The position numbers and the translations under genes are program-made. Below are positions 35,019 through 46,718 of a stretch of 64,000 nt of DNA, one piece after another. How positions within the stretch are numbered: position 1 is the first letter of the stretch; every line of letters begins with the position of its first letter. A model generated the notes under the pieces. That model ran no database searches. It worked only from the letters and a program-made list of their open reading frames with translations, and was not told the origin of the DNA. Source of the DNA: Selaginella moellendorffii (Eukaryota > Plantae > Lycopodiophyta); the NCBI RefSeq assembly GCF_000143415.4, contig NW_003314273.1, positions 2,480,719 to 2,544,718 of the forward strand. Reading direction: 5' to 3'.

Positions 35019-38000
35019 CTATCCTCGTCGTTTGCTCAGACGCCATGAGTTCGGCTCGTGGTACCGATCGTATAGCGGCTTTATACGTTCCTCCCGCTTC
35101 CTCTTGCTCAACTTGGTTGGATCGGCTGCCTTGAAGAACCTGGGAGCAAGCTCGACCAGCCACTTTGGATCGATGACTGTAATTTCTCGCATGTACTCCT
35201 TGGTCGTCATAACCAGCTCATTGTAAATCACCCAGTCGGGCTGATGCTGGAAGAGTGCACTGCTTGGATGAATGTAGACAGGCTGGTTCTCCACAATCGT
35301 CCTGTATCCTTCCTGAGGATCCTTGCGTGCGGCATGGAAAAAAAATCCAGCACATGTAGCCTTCCTGATCCTTGTCAAGTTCTTCCCAGCACTCACCACC
35401 TCCAGCTTATGTTTGTCCATGATCGTAAGCAGCTGCTTCCTCACGTCCTGTGCCTTTCGTAGTGATCGAGACTGTACAAAGTTCTCGAAGCACCATGGTC
35501 CGGAGAACTTCTTATCACTCCACGCCTCGTAGACAGCAAGTAGCGTCAGGTGATCACCCTCCGGCTGGAAAAACCTGGCTCTCTTTTGATCCGCCTGGGC
35601 CTGCTTCTCCCCAGGACGATAGAAAATGTTTTGCGCCTGGAGCATCGAAATGATCGTGAGTATCTCGTCGCTGCAGCCGAGGTCCACGCTCGCCAGGAGC
35701 ATCTTGGACAGAGGTGGCTCCAAAGGAAACTCCGCCATCTTTCGCCCCACCTTGGTCAGCAAACCTTCTTCATCCAACGCTTGCAAGCTGTAGAGCTGCA
35801 TCATGGCAGAAACCAGCGCCTGGGACTGTGGAGGATCCATGAAGTCGAATGAGAGCAAATCGTTGATCCCCATGGCCTTCATCATCAGAACCGTCATCCC
35901 GAGATTCACCCTCTGTATCTCTGGGACGCTCGTCGGAAGCATCTCGTTCCAGAACGAGCCCTCGGTGTAAAGCCGAAAACACTTTCCGGGCCCTGTTCTT
36001 CCTGCACGACCAGCTCTCTGCTTGGCTGACGCTTGAGATATAGGAGTGATCACCAGCGAGTCGAATCCCAGCTTCGGATTGTACACCTTTTGCTTTGCAA
36101 ATCCCGGATCAACGACGTAGTAAATGCCATCAATTGTCAGGGATGCCTCTGCAATATTGGTAGCAATGACGAGTTTCCTCGTCCCCGCAGGAGCTGGATC
36201 GAAGATTCGAGTCTGCATCTCGCTGGGAAGAGCGCTGTAGACCGGCAGGACGATCAACTCTGGCACATTCGGTCCCAGATCCTTCATACGTTCATGCAAA
36301 ATCTCGCAAGCGGTGTCAATCTCCTCTTGTCCCGTTAGAAAGAGCAATACGTCCCCCTCCGGTTCCGTAAGGTGGATTTGCATCACCGTGGTCAATGCCG
36401 CATCCAGGTAGTCGGTCTCTGGCTGCTTGGTGTAGAGAATCTCGACTGGAAAAGAGCGTCCTGGTATGGTGAAGATGTTGCAGTTGAAAAAGTAGGCCGA
36501 GAACTTCTCAGCGTCCAGAGTTGCCGACGTGACAATGAGCCGCAAGTCAGGCCGCCGCTTCACCAGGCTCTTGAGCAACCCGAAAAGAACATCCGTGTGG
36601 ATTGTTCTCTCATGAGCCTCGTCCAGCATGATCACCGAGTATGCCGAGAGGTTCTCGTCCATGAGTATCTCTCGGAGAAGCATACCATCTGTCATGTACT
36701 TGATGACGGTCTCAAGCCCTGTGCAGTCCTCGAACCGGATGGCATATCCAACCTCCTCACCCAAACGGCAGCCGAATTCTTCTGCCACCCTCTTGGACAC
36801 GGACATGGCGGCCACCCTTCGAGGTTGCGTGCAGCCGATTTTCCCCCTCGAAGTGTATCCTGCCTCGGCCAGGTACTGCGTCATCTGAGTTGTCTTTCCC
36901 GAGCCGGTCTCACCAATCACGACCAGCACCTGGTTCTCGTTCACGGCCTTGACGAGGTCCATCTTCAGCTTGTAAATCGGCAAGCTCTGTCTCTGCTCTT
37001 GAATCGAAAGCTTCGACCGTTGTCCGAAAGTTGGCGCCTTTCCGAACGCATTCTTCTTCCAGTCGGGCATATCGTACGCAGACAGTCCTACACCCCGGAG
37101 TTCTTGTGCTAGGCGCCGCTCTCCTGTCTCTGGCATGGGATCCTCCCATGAACGATTCAAGTCCTTGGGTATAGAGTCCAGCATTGTTCGCTGCTGCTGC
37201 TCCCTTCTCTCTTTAGCCAGAGGCAATTGAGTTATCGCTGCTCTCTGCAAAGAACCGTCAGGGTTCCTGACGATCTTCAGAGGTGAGAGATCAATCGAGT
37301 ACCTTGTTTGTCCCCTCAAGAACGCAGGCTTGTCCTCGTTCGGCAATATTTCAAGCTCTACTTCTGCACCATCATCGTGAAACAGCATACCACCTCCGTC
37401 ATCGTCATGCATGGGATTGTCTCGCATGCCCAGCACCCCTGAAGCAGCCAGCTGCGTTCTTTCAAACCTCTCTGGAGAGCTCATTTTCTTGGAAGGCCGA
37501 GGAGCGTCTGAGGTGTCGTCGATCAGTGGAATCCCAGAAAGGCCCATCCTTGTCGTCGATGGCTTGTTGGCAATGGAAGGATTGGTTCTAAAGTCATCCT
37601 CTTCATTTCCCGATGGCTTGAGAATAGGAACCAGATCGTCCCCGCTTTCCTGGTCCACGTCTCTCATAGAGAGACTCATCTTCCCACCCTTCAAAGACAC
37701 CACCTTCACCCAGACCTCCTGGCCCCTCTTCACAACATCCTTGGCATGCTCAACCCTCCGAGAAGCCATCTCAGACTTATGGACGAGTCCTTCCGCGAAG
37801 GACCCGTTAAGCTGAACAAAGCATCCAGAATCCATTATCCTCTGCACCCTGCCCTTGTAAATCTTGTAGAGCTCTGGCCTGGACTCGGGCTCCCGACGAT
37901 GGTCTTCCTCGTCTCTGCTGCTTCTCCCACTGCTCCTGCTATCCGTGTCCCTATGCCTTTCTCCATCTCGATCCCGCTCGCAATCCCTCTCCTCTTTATC

Positions 38001-38288
38001 TCGCTCCTTCCCTCTAACATTCTCCCTCCCCCGATGTCTATCCTTGTCTTTCCTCACGGGCGGGAAAATGGCGTGAATGATCATCAGCAGCTTCTTGACG
38101 AAGTAATCCTGGAACTCCGCCCCGTTTTCCTTGAGCCTCCCGCCGAATTCCTCCAAGCTCTCGCTGTGCCGGCCAAGCTCGATGATAAACTCGGCCAGCG
38201 TCTTGTTGCTGCACCCTAAGTGCGTTTCCAGCTCGGTGCATACCTTTGACACGAGCGACAAGTACTCAAGCTTCTCCTGGAGCTCCAT
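35019..38288 (-). CDS. PRP22: Pre-mRNA splicing DEAH-box RNA helicase PRP22/DHX8, intronless
   Basis: ~1089 aa: N-terminal [18 protein letters not shown]1 domain, [26 protein letters not shown]2/OB fold, terminal WRLSKRR. Confidence 0.96.
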   Translation of the reverse strand: MELQEKLEYLSLVSKVCTELETHLGCSNKTLAEFIIELGRHSESLEEFGGRLKENGAEFQDYFVKKLLMIIHAIFPPVRKDKDRHRGRENVRGKERDKEERDCERDRDGERHRDTDSRSSGRSSRDEEDHRREPESRPELYKIYKGRVQRIMDSGCFVQLNGSFAEGLVHKSEMASRRVEHAKDVVKRGQEVWVKVVSLKGGKMSLSMRDVDQESGDDLVPILKPSGNEEDDFRTNPSIANKPSTTRMGLSGIPLIDDTSDAPRPSKKMSSPERFERTQLAASGVLGMRDNPMHDDDGGGMLFHDDGAEVELEILPNEDKPAFLRGQTRYSIDLSPLKIVRNPDGSLQRAAITQLPLAKERREQQQRTMLDSIPKDLNRSWEDPMPETGERRLAQELRGVGLSAYDMPDWKKNAFGKAPTFGQRSKLSIQEQRQSLPIYKLKMDLVKAVNENQVLVVIGETGSGKTTQMTQYLAEAGYTSRGKIGCTQPRRVAAMSVSKRVAEEFGCRLGEEVGYAIRFEDCTGLETVIKYMTDGMLLREILMDENLSAYSVIMLDEAHERTIHTDVLFGLLKSLVKRRPDLRLIVTSATLDAEKFSAYFFNCNIFTIPGRSFPVEILYTKQPETDYLDAALTTVMQIHLTEPEGDVLLFLTGQEEIDTACEILHERMKDLGPNVPELIVLPVYSALPSEMQTRIFDPAPAGTRKLVIATNIAEASLTIDGIYYVVDPGFAKQKVYNPKLGFDSLVITPISQASAKQRAGRAGRTGPGKCFRLYTEGSFWNEMLPTSVPEIQRVNLGMTVLMMKAMGINDLLSFDFMDPPQSQALVSAMMQLYSLQALDEEGLLTKVGRKMAEFPLEPPLSKMLLASVDLGCSDEILTIISMLQAQNIFYRPGEKQAQADQKRARFFQPEGDHLTLLAVYEAWSDKKFSGPWCFENFVQSRSLRKAQDVRKQLLTIMDKHKLEVVSAGKNLTRIRKATCAGFFFHAARKDPQEGYRTIVENQPVYIHPSSALFQHQPDWVIYNELVMTTKEYMREITVIDPKWLVELAPRFFKAADPTKLSKRKREERIKPLYDRYHEPNSWRLSKRRG

Positions 38289-38529
38289 CACTGCAGCTCT
38301 GCCCTAGCCCTAGAAATCCGCCCTTTATAGAACTTGTTTTAATCTTTATATAACCATGGTTGCTTACTAAACTTTTAGGCTGTTTATTCAGTTAAGCAAA
38401 CTTTATTCCTTTTTGTTCACCAAATGTTCAAAAATTGATACTTTAAAGATCCACCCAATCTTGTATTTATGACAATTTTAGTAAGAAAAGTTTGGAGGTT
38501 ATTAATTTTTTAAAATACAGCTCAAAGGC

Positions 38530-39060
38530 ACTTACAAAACTTTGTGACAAAGTTGGCCATCATGGGATCGTAGTCGGGAGCTTCCATTTGGAAATGGCCC
38601 GACTCCAGGGACAAGGTATGTCTCAGCTCCCAACTGCGGACTTGTGCTTGGATTCCAGCTGCTTGATGCTCGTGAATCCATCATGAGTTCCCCATGACGA
38701 ACAGCTTGGGCTTGGCCGACTGGAGGATGCCTTTGTTGTATGGCCAAAGAGAACCGGTGCCCAGACCAAACGGGTAGCCCAGCCCCACATATCCCACTAC
38801 TTCTTTCACCTGATCCACAGCCGAGCCAGCAATTAGAGCCCCTGGAATCGAGAAAGAGAAACTATAGTTAGAAATGGATGCTCCATGCTCTCTTCTTGAT
38901 GATCATCCATCAAGAGTTCCTGTTTTGATCAAGCAATGCTTCCAAACAAGACTAAAATAAAAAGGAAATCCACAAGAGAACTCCAAAGCTTGGGAGAAGA
39001 CAAAACACTTCCTACCAAGAGACAAAGAGGAGGAAGAACAGCTATGGAAAAACTAGTGTC
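38530..39060 (-). pseudogene. Relic of the alpha/beta hydrolase gene (part of intron plus exon 2), inverted copy of 55905-56440
   Basis: Reverse complement matches the hydrolase intron and exon 2 with deletions; exon 1 is missing. Confidence 0.85.
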
Positions 39061-39259
39061 CAAACAGACAAGAAACAAGATTGGGATTTCATATACTCGC
39101 TGAGTTTCACATTGTGGGGGCTTTTGCTGTTGCTTGAAAGGGTCTACAAAGGTCCTTGATGTTGATTTTGCAAAGACCACCCAATAATCAGGGCAGCACT
39201 CTTCCTCTTGTTTGAGAAAATTGGGTTTGTGAGTGAGGCATATTAGCAATTTAGGTTAC

Positions 39260-41465
39260 ACTTTGAGGCCATGTTACCATGGGTAAAAATAAACCTTCAT
39301 TGGGTTTGCTATGAATGGTGAATAGGCTAGTTTATAGCTGTTTAGCATATGAGTGGATTAATTAAAATTATAAGGATTAATTTATTAGTTTAGATAATCA
39401 TTGTTGTGCTCTTTTGTAAACTTTTTTTATATTGAAAGTTTAAGGATTAGTTAGAGTTTGAGTCCAAAAAAGAGAGTCATCAAAGATGAAGAATCAAGTA
39501 CGTAAATCATCTTTTCTTCTTCGAAAGATGATTTAGCAAAAAGATATGATATCATTGCTTGTATTTATATCATGCAATTAAAAGTCTCTACTTTAATGCA
39601 TGTTATTTATAATAGTTTTACAAGTGGTGAGTTGTGGGATGGATAGTAGTGAAGTGTTAAATTATTTTTTTTAAGCTTGCTATTGAAAGCTTGAGTTGCA
39701 ATGCTTAATTATTTTCTAAGGAACTATTGCAAATGTAACTGTGTGTATTGAAAGTTACTTGTTGGCAAGTTCTTTCATATATTCTTTCCTTATTGCTATG
39801 ACAGTAGAGGGTTGAGATTGGTAAACCCTTTATTAGTCTCCACTCAAACTAGTTGAGAAATTAATTATCATGTATGTACTTATACTGGATAAATATAAGG
39901 TAGGAACTCTTATACGTTTTTTGTTGAGCATACTCAACCTGGTATAAAAAACTTATATGTTAGTATGCACTTGCTAATGTTAGGAACCCCTGCGATATTG
40001 AGTTTGATCCCTTAATATTTGCTAGATGATAGATTATCATGTCTGTTATATATATTAAATGGAAAGTGTCTAAATTAGTTATTTATACATATCTATGGAA
40101 TGTAGATATTGTCGTGAACATGATGATGTTCTCGTGTCTAAATTTGCAATCTACTACCATTTCATATTTAATAAATTTTTATGATTGTCCTAAAGATTAA
40201 CTTCTGAGACTGAGGAAAGCCCAAAATATGCATTCCTTAGGGGGGGTTCTAAATGTATAATAGGGGTGGGGGGCATGGCCAATTAACCTAAGGTATAGCT
40301 TAATTCTTATTTGTGTGTTTATCTTTGTTTTGCATTTAATTTGGGTCTAGGCCCAAATTCCATATTATGGTAGTTGATAGAGAACCCATATCTTTATGTT
40401 AAGCTATTGGTATGTTGAAATAGTATTAAATTTTGTTTAGCTTCATTTTGCATGTTGATTTTAGCATTAGGATGCTAGATGCTTTAGAACTATTCTTATA
40501 TTACTTTGTACTCCTATCCCTTTGCTCCTTAGGTTGTACGTTAAAAAATTGTTCTATGCTCCACTTCTTTAGCTCATTGATTCCATGATTAAGAGTTTGG
40601 CTTTATCCCTTCATTTAGTGGTCCAAGGCTTTAAAACTCAAATTCTAGTTTATTATTGTTGGACACATGGCATATAAAGAGTTTAGGTTCCACTTCGTGG
40701 TAATCTTATGGTAAAGAACCATAGAATAAAGAGGTGAAAACCACATGTGTTACATTTGTTATCAGAGAATAAGTCTCAATGAGTACTATTAATGAGCTGG
40801 GGCAATTAGTCTCGTTGTATATGTAAAGATGAAAACATTGATCTGAGTGGGTACATATTTGGGTGTTATAACTTTGCATTTGTTCCTTATGTATAGATTT
40901 TGGTTACCTTTTGTACCAAAATATATTTACTTTTGCTTGGGTTCATAAGTTGGATATGAGATGTTCCATTTGCATGAGTTTGTGCTTAGGCTCATGAGTA
41001 AGGCACATTAGCAACTCAAAGTTATACATTGAGTTGACAGAATTAATGTTAGCCTATCGATGGTTATCATGAGGTGTTTCGTATTACTGTGGGTGAAAGT
41101 AAACGTCCCTTGGATTTGCTATGAGTGGCAAATAAATTGGTCTATTGGATTTTATACACTTTTGTTTGATTAGACTGAAGATATTGCAAATGCAAGTTTA
41201 AGGTTTGGTCAAAGTTAATCCAAAAAGAGAGTCATTAGAAACTAAGGATCAAACATATAAATTATTTTCTCTTTTTAGAGAGATGATTTACAATGAGATG
41301 TGAATTTATTGCTCATGTTCACATAATGCAATCAAGAGTCCTATCTTGATGCATGTTAGTTATAATAACCTTATAAGTAGTGAATCATATGAATGAAGCA
41401 CTAAACCATTTTGTCTAAACTTACTATTAAAGATTTAGATATAATCCTTAATTATTTTCTAAGGA
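39260..41465. mobile_element. Degenerate non-coding LTR-like element: diverged ~400-450-bp direct repeats flanking sequence homologous to the gypsy leader
   Basis: 39280-39725 resembles 41090-41465 (e.g. CCAAAAAGAGAGTCAT...TTAATTATTTTCTAAGGAA). 39840-40720 resembles 25480-26320. Confidence 0.5.
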
Positions 41466-41492
41466 AGCTTATGATTGCTTCTTGAGTAACTT

Positions 41493-44190
41493 GCTTACAA
41501 ACCTGAGAAAATTGTAAATCTATGAAACTCTTTCTAAATTTCTAAATAGCTTGTTACATAAAGAATTGGGAGAATAGTGCCTAGCTACAATCATTTGTTC
41601 TCTAACAAAACTGTGAGTCACCAGCCATAAATCTTTCTTCTTTAAGCAGTTCACATTTACTTTTGGCTGTTATGCACCAAGTAACTGTTAACTATCTAGT
41701 TTTATACCTGACCTACCCAGCTCACACATTTGTAAGCTTGCAGGAAGGTGTACAACTTGTAAGATGTATCTAATGAACGGTGTTATTGCAGGAATTTGAG
41801 TTTCAACAACCTGTCTGGGACAATTCCAGCATACTTATCATCTTTTGATAGTCTTAGCAGACTGTAAGTTTTTTCATCTATTGAGTTAAATCTAAACGGG
41901 AAGCCGAGCATTTTTAGTTTCTTGGGAAGCAACAATCTAGCTAGAGGCCTTCTGAACAAGCTATTGAGGATCATCGACTTGTACATAGACTGCAAAATCG
42001 TTCTCCTCTTCTAACCAGGTTATATATATACAGAGATGTATCGTTCAACAGGCTGATTGGACCTTTCCCTCAAATAAGCGAGTACATGTTTTTATTCTAA
42101 GCAACATGCTATTAATTTTTCTAAACGTGCAAGGTTCTCAAAAAGTTTCATCTCACCACGTTCTCGTTGCAGGCAACATGCGAATGCTTCTACATGTATA
42201 CAGGATATAGCAAACTGCAGCAATGTGAACCAAAGAAACGATATTTGCTGCATATAAAGTCTTCGATTGATTTAGACATATTTCTTTCTCAGGTTTTCAA
42301 TTCGCCATCAACTGTGGAGGACCTCAGATCACTTCGAATGGGACAGATTTTAACGCAGATATGCCAAGGGCTTTTATGGACGGGGACTCCTATTCAACGG
42401 GAGGATGGGTATCTAGCAGCTCTGGTTTTGCGGAATCCTTTGATGATAACCCCACTTGGCCTCAAAGCATAGAAGGATCGGCTGGTCGGCAGGCTGTACT
42501 GTATCGAACCGCCAGAGCTGTGCCAACATCTTTGAGGTACCTCGGAGTTGGCATGCAAAGTGGCTCATACACAGTACACCTCCACTTTGCAGAGATTATC
42601 ATCGGCACTGGCCAGGATGGGCCAGGAGTGGGTCGACGGTATTTTGACGTCTTTATCCAAGCTCAAAGATTTCAACATAAGGGAAGAAGCCAATGGGTCT
42701 CTTAGAGCTTTGAGAAGGAGCTTCACTGCCGTTAATGTATCTAACGGCGTTCTGGACATTCATCTTCTTTGGATGGGAAAAGGAACATGTTGTGCTCCAT
42801 TCAGATCTTTCGGTCCTCTGATATCCGCAATCCAAGTTCTACCTGGTAAGTGTTAGATACTGCTGAAGTTTGTCATCGTTCTAAACTTGCGTTTAACAGA
42901 ATTTGAAACTGGTGGCGCAAGTCAGTGCGAAAACAGTTCCAGAGGCGTAAAAATAGGTGTTTGGAATCTCCCTGCCACTGGTGCTCTTTGTGGTCTCCGG
43001 TTATTTGTTGTGGAGGAAACGACACATAAAAAACAAAGAGAACGACAATGAAGATCATTTTTTGTTAATGTTTTTGCGGATTATTCATAACAATGCTCTG
43101 TACGATGCAGACTTCAAACTTCTAGACGGAAAGCTGCATATGCTTTCTTACAATGAAAAAGAAAACGCTACGGCAGGATTTGACCCCGCGAAGGTGCAGA
43201 AAGTGAAAAAAGTGTTTGGACTTTCAGGGACGTTAGTAGCGTCAAGCAGCTTAATAAGATGAGCGACAACACGGGCGATTTCGTGAACGAGGCCACACTT
43301 ATCTCCACAGTGCAGCATCGCAATCTAGTCAAGCTCTATGGATGCTGCACCGAAGGAAACAATTGGATTCTTGTTTTCGAGTTTATGGAAAACAAAAATC
43401 TGCATCAGGTGCTCGAGTAAGTACTTTAATCTAATGCTTCCCTCATGCTTCATGTATTCTGTAGGTCCCTCGGGGCGAAATATACACCTCAGCTGGCCAA
43501 CTCGCTTCAACATATGCATTGGAGTCGCAAGAGGGCTCGCACTTTGGCTTGGCAAGGCTCTTCGAAGATCATCAGTCTCACATCAGTACGAGGGTTGCCG
43601 GAACAATGTGAGAGCTCAGCTTGTAAGTGCTTGAGCTGATCTTCTCCGATTCTTCTTTCAGGGGATACCTGGCTCCAGAATACGCCCTGAGAGGCCAGTT
43701 GACCGAGAAGGCAGATGTCTACAGCTATGGAGTTTTGGCACCAGAAATCGTGAGCGGAAGAACCAATCTGGACACCACCACTGAACACATGACTCGATCA
43801 CGTACGTATAAAGATCGACGAAATGTTCTACTTTTTAACTTGCGTCGATGATCAGGCATGGGATCTGTGCCAAAATGATAAGCTACTAGAGCTCCTGGAG
43901 AAGAGAGCAGATTGTGCTGATGAAGAAAAAGTTCTAAGAACGATCAAGGTGGCACTTCTTTGCGCCCAAGTGACAACATCACAGCGTCCAGCAATGTCCG
44001 AAGTTGTGGCGATGCTCACCGGCAGCGAGGAGGTGAAGTGAGCTCCTTGCTCCCGGGATACTTCAGCGCCATGGACATGGTTCCCCGGATGCGAAGGAAA
44101 GACCGAGACAGCAGCAGTGCCAGCAGCAGCACGATCGGGACTGACTCGCCATGAAGAGGATTGGCAAACAATAGTATTCTTCCAAGGTAG
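41493..44190 (+). pseudogene. 5'-truncated pseudogene copy of the LRR-malectin RLK (27203-31486)
   Basis: Colinear with 28438-31486 including introns. It has an 11-bp deletion at ~42660, loss of the Gly-loop, and a deletion removing YLHEE...HRDIK...IAD at ~43540. Confidence 0.93.
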
Positions 44191-44420
44191 AGTCTCCATG
44201 TCTCTCGAGTTTTGAGTTTCCAGCACAACGCCGAGGACTTTACGATAGTAAACTTCCAAGGTAGAGTGGAAATGAAGGTCCAAGTTCTGAGCATCCAGGA
44301 CAATGCAAAGGTATACTTCCAAGGTAGAGTCCATATCTCTCAAGTTTTAATTACAACAGTAATACTTCCAAGGTAGAGTAGGAAACAAGCTCCATATCTC
44401 TCAAATTTTGAGCTTTATCA
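44175..44420. repeat. Minisatellite homologous to 31470-31640
   Basis: CTTCCAAGGTAGAGT occurs four times (~44179, 44253, 44316, 44365). Confidence 0.7.
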
Positions 44421-44465
44421 GCGAAATAGATACTATAGGGAAAATGCTATAGAGATGGCAGGAAT

Positions 44466-46421
44466 ATGCCCAACCCCGGCATCTTGAAAGCCCTCCAAAG
44501 CATTGACAGTGGCATCGCGGCCGCCAGTTCCGACACGTACGCGTCCCTCCTCCGTGGATGCCGCCGCATCAGCGAGGTCTCGCTCATCCATGCTCACGTC
44601 TCCAGCAATGGCTGGATCCGCAAGGCCTTCGTCGCGAATCTCGTCGTACAGATGTACGGCGCCCTCGGCGGCGCTGGCGACGCGTGGCAAGCCTTCTCTA
44701 CAATGCCCACCAGGAATCTTTTCTCCTGGAACATCACTCTGGGCGCACACACGCGGCACGAGGAGCTGGAATATGCCAGGAACCTCTTTCGAAAGATGCC
44801 CAGCCACGATACCGTGTCGTGGAATCTCATGTTTGCAGCATATGCCCAATCCGGGCATCTTGCCGTTGCGAGGAATCTCTTTGATTCTATGCCCAGGAAG
44901 AGCCCCGTGTCTTGGAACTCGATGGTGCAAGCCTACATTAGCCATGGATTCCTGGACGAGGCTAGGGTTTTGTTTGATCGCACTCCTGGAAAGAACGTCG
45001 TGTCCTGGAACGCTATGATCCAGGCGTATGCCGAGAGAGAGAATTTGCGGCGGTCAAGAGATCTCTTTGACAGAATGCCGCTCACGGATCTCATCTCCTG
45101 GACGACGATCGTCACGGGTCACGTCGCGCAGGGCAAGATCGAAGAGGGTAGGGTTTTGTTCCTAGCGATGCCGGAGAGGAGTGCTGTGGCTTGGAACGCG
45201 ATGATCCAGGCGAGCTGCCAGGAAGGGGATGTGGATGCCGCGGCCGCGCTCTTCACGGACATGCCGGCTGGACGGGATTGCAGCTCCTGGACGTCGATGA
45301 TTTCTGGCTATGCCAGGAACAATCGAATCGGGGCTGCGGTGGCGGTGTTTTGGCGAATGCCGGCGTGGAGTGTGATTTCCTGGAATGCCATGGCCATTGC
45401 GCTGGCCGAGAGCGGCGATCTCTCCTCGGCCAAGATTCTCTTCGATCGCATCCCAGAGAGGAACAGCGTCTCCTGGAACGCGATGATCCAGGGCTACACC
45501 GTGAGCGGGGATTGGATCGCCGCTATGGAGGTCTTCGATCGAATGCCGCAGCTTGACGTGATCTCCTTCACCACGATCGTCGCGGCGATCGCGCAGGGCG
45601 GAGATCTGGATCGCGCCAGGGTGCTGTTCGATGCCATGCCAGAGCGAAATCTCGTGTCCTGGAACGCGATGATGGCCGGCTACGCCCAGAACGGCGATCC
45701 GAGCTCGGCTATGGTGCTGCTCAAGCTCCTGGATCAAGACGGCCTCCGGCCCAACGCCATCACTTTCGTCGTGGCGCTAGATTCGTGTGCCAATCTCGCG
45801 GCGCTGGCCCAGGGCAAGCTCCTCCTTGCCGAGATATCCCTCCTCCAGGACGAGCTGTGCCAGTCGATCGAGCTCGGCAACGCAGCAATCAATCTCCTTG
45901 GCAAATGCGGGCAGCTGGATCAAGCCCGCCAGCTCTTCGATTCCTGGAACACTGGCCGTGGTGATGCCGTGGCCTGGAACACCACGATCGCGGCCTACGC
46001 CCAGAATGGCATGGGCCGCGACGCGATGGAGCTCTTCACGGCCATGAATCTCGAGGGCGTGGAGGTGGACGACGTGACGCTCTTGAGCGTCCTGGCGTCA
46101 ACCAGCGGCTCTGACGCGATCCAGTTCTTCCACTCCATCGCCGCGGACTACCGATGCGCGCACAGCCGCGAGCACTTCCTGTGCCTGGCCGACGCACTGG
46201 GGCGATGGGGCAAGCTCCGTGAGGCGCTGGCGGTGATCCTGACGATGCCCTACGCGCCCAACCTCATCGCGTGGACGACGCTGCTGAGCGCTTGCAAGGG
46301 CCACGCGGACGTGGAGATAGGCGAGGAGGCGGCGAGGAGGGCGAGCGAGCTCTGGCCCGAGAGCCCCGCGCCATACATCGCGCTCTCGAGCATCTATGCC
46401 GCGCGCTTTTTCAAAAGTTAG
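44466..46421 (+). CDS. PLS-class pentatricopeptide repeat protein with E-type C-terminus (651 aa, intronless)
   Basis: A long array of S-type repeats (FDRMPE.N.VSWNAM) ends in HFLCLADALGRWGKL...MPYAPNLIAWTTLLSAC...PYIALSSIY. No DYW domain. Confidence 0.93.
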   Translation: MPNPGILKALQSIDSGIAAASSDTYASLLRGCRRISEVSLIHAHVSSNGWIRKAFVANLVVQMYGALGGAGDAWQAFSTMPTRNLFSWNITLGAHTRHEELEYARNLFRKMPSHDTVSWNLMFAAYAQSGHLAVARNLFDSMPRKSPVSWNSMVQAYISHGFLDEARVLFDRTPGKNVVSWNAMIQAYAERENLRRSRDLFDRMPLTDLISWTTIVTGHVAQGKIEEGRVLFLAMPERSAVAWNAMIQASCQEGDVDAAAALFTDMPAGRDCSSWTSMISGYARNNRIGAAVAVFWRMPAWSVISWNAMAIALAESGDLSSAKILFDRIPERNSVSWNAMIQGYTVSGDWIAAMEVFDRMPQLDVISFTTIVAAIAQGGDLDRARVLFDAMPERNLVSWNAMMAGYAQNGDPSSAMVLLKLLDQDGLRPNAITFVVALDSCANLAALAQGKLLLAEISLLQDELCQSIELGNAAINLLGKCGQLDQARQLFDSWNTGRGDAVAWNTTIAAYAQNGMGRDAMELFTAMNLEGVEVDDVTLLSVLASTSGSDAIQFFHSIAADYRCAHSREHFLCLADALGRWGKLREALAVILTMPYAPNLIAWTTLLSACKGHADVEIGEEAARRASELWPESPAPYIALSSIYAARFFKS

Positions 46422-46718
46422 GGCACGGGCGAATATTCACCTTTAGGGTTAAAGGTAATTTTAGGGTTCTTGGCATTTTGTCCTTATCGATCGCCCGCAG
46501 TAGAGAAACACATGGACGTGGTGCCGCTGAGCAAGCGCATTTGGTAGCGGATGAGCCGGCTGATCTGGTCATGACCACCGTTCCAAAGTTTGATTCAGAT
46601 GTGATTCGAGTGCTTCCGCTGCCCAAGGAGAACACAATCGTTTATTCCTAGACGATCTTCCATAGTTTTGAGGAACAATAGCTAAATTACCATAGACAAT
46701 AGCAATGGCTTTCTTCTT

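Noticed and set aside
35019-38288. PRP22 as a retrocopy because it is intronless
   Set aside because: No poly(A) remnant or TSD is present, flanking intergenic DNA was co-duplicated (DNA-level event), and plant PRP22 genes are intron-poor.
44175-44420. Spaced short repeats resembling a CRISPR array
   Set aside because: The context is eukaryotic, spacing is irregular, spacers are themselves related, and there are no cas genes.
46455-46651. Small spliced ORF between PPR-2 and CCX
   Set aside because: An intron-like GT-AG is present, but there is no convincing start or homology; it is probably 3' UTR.
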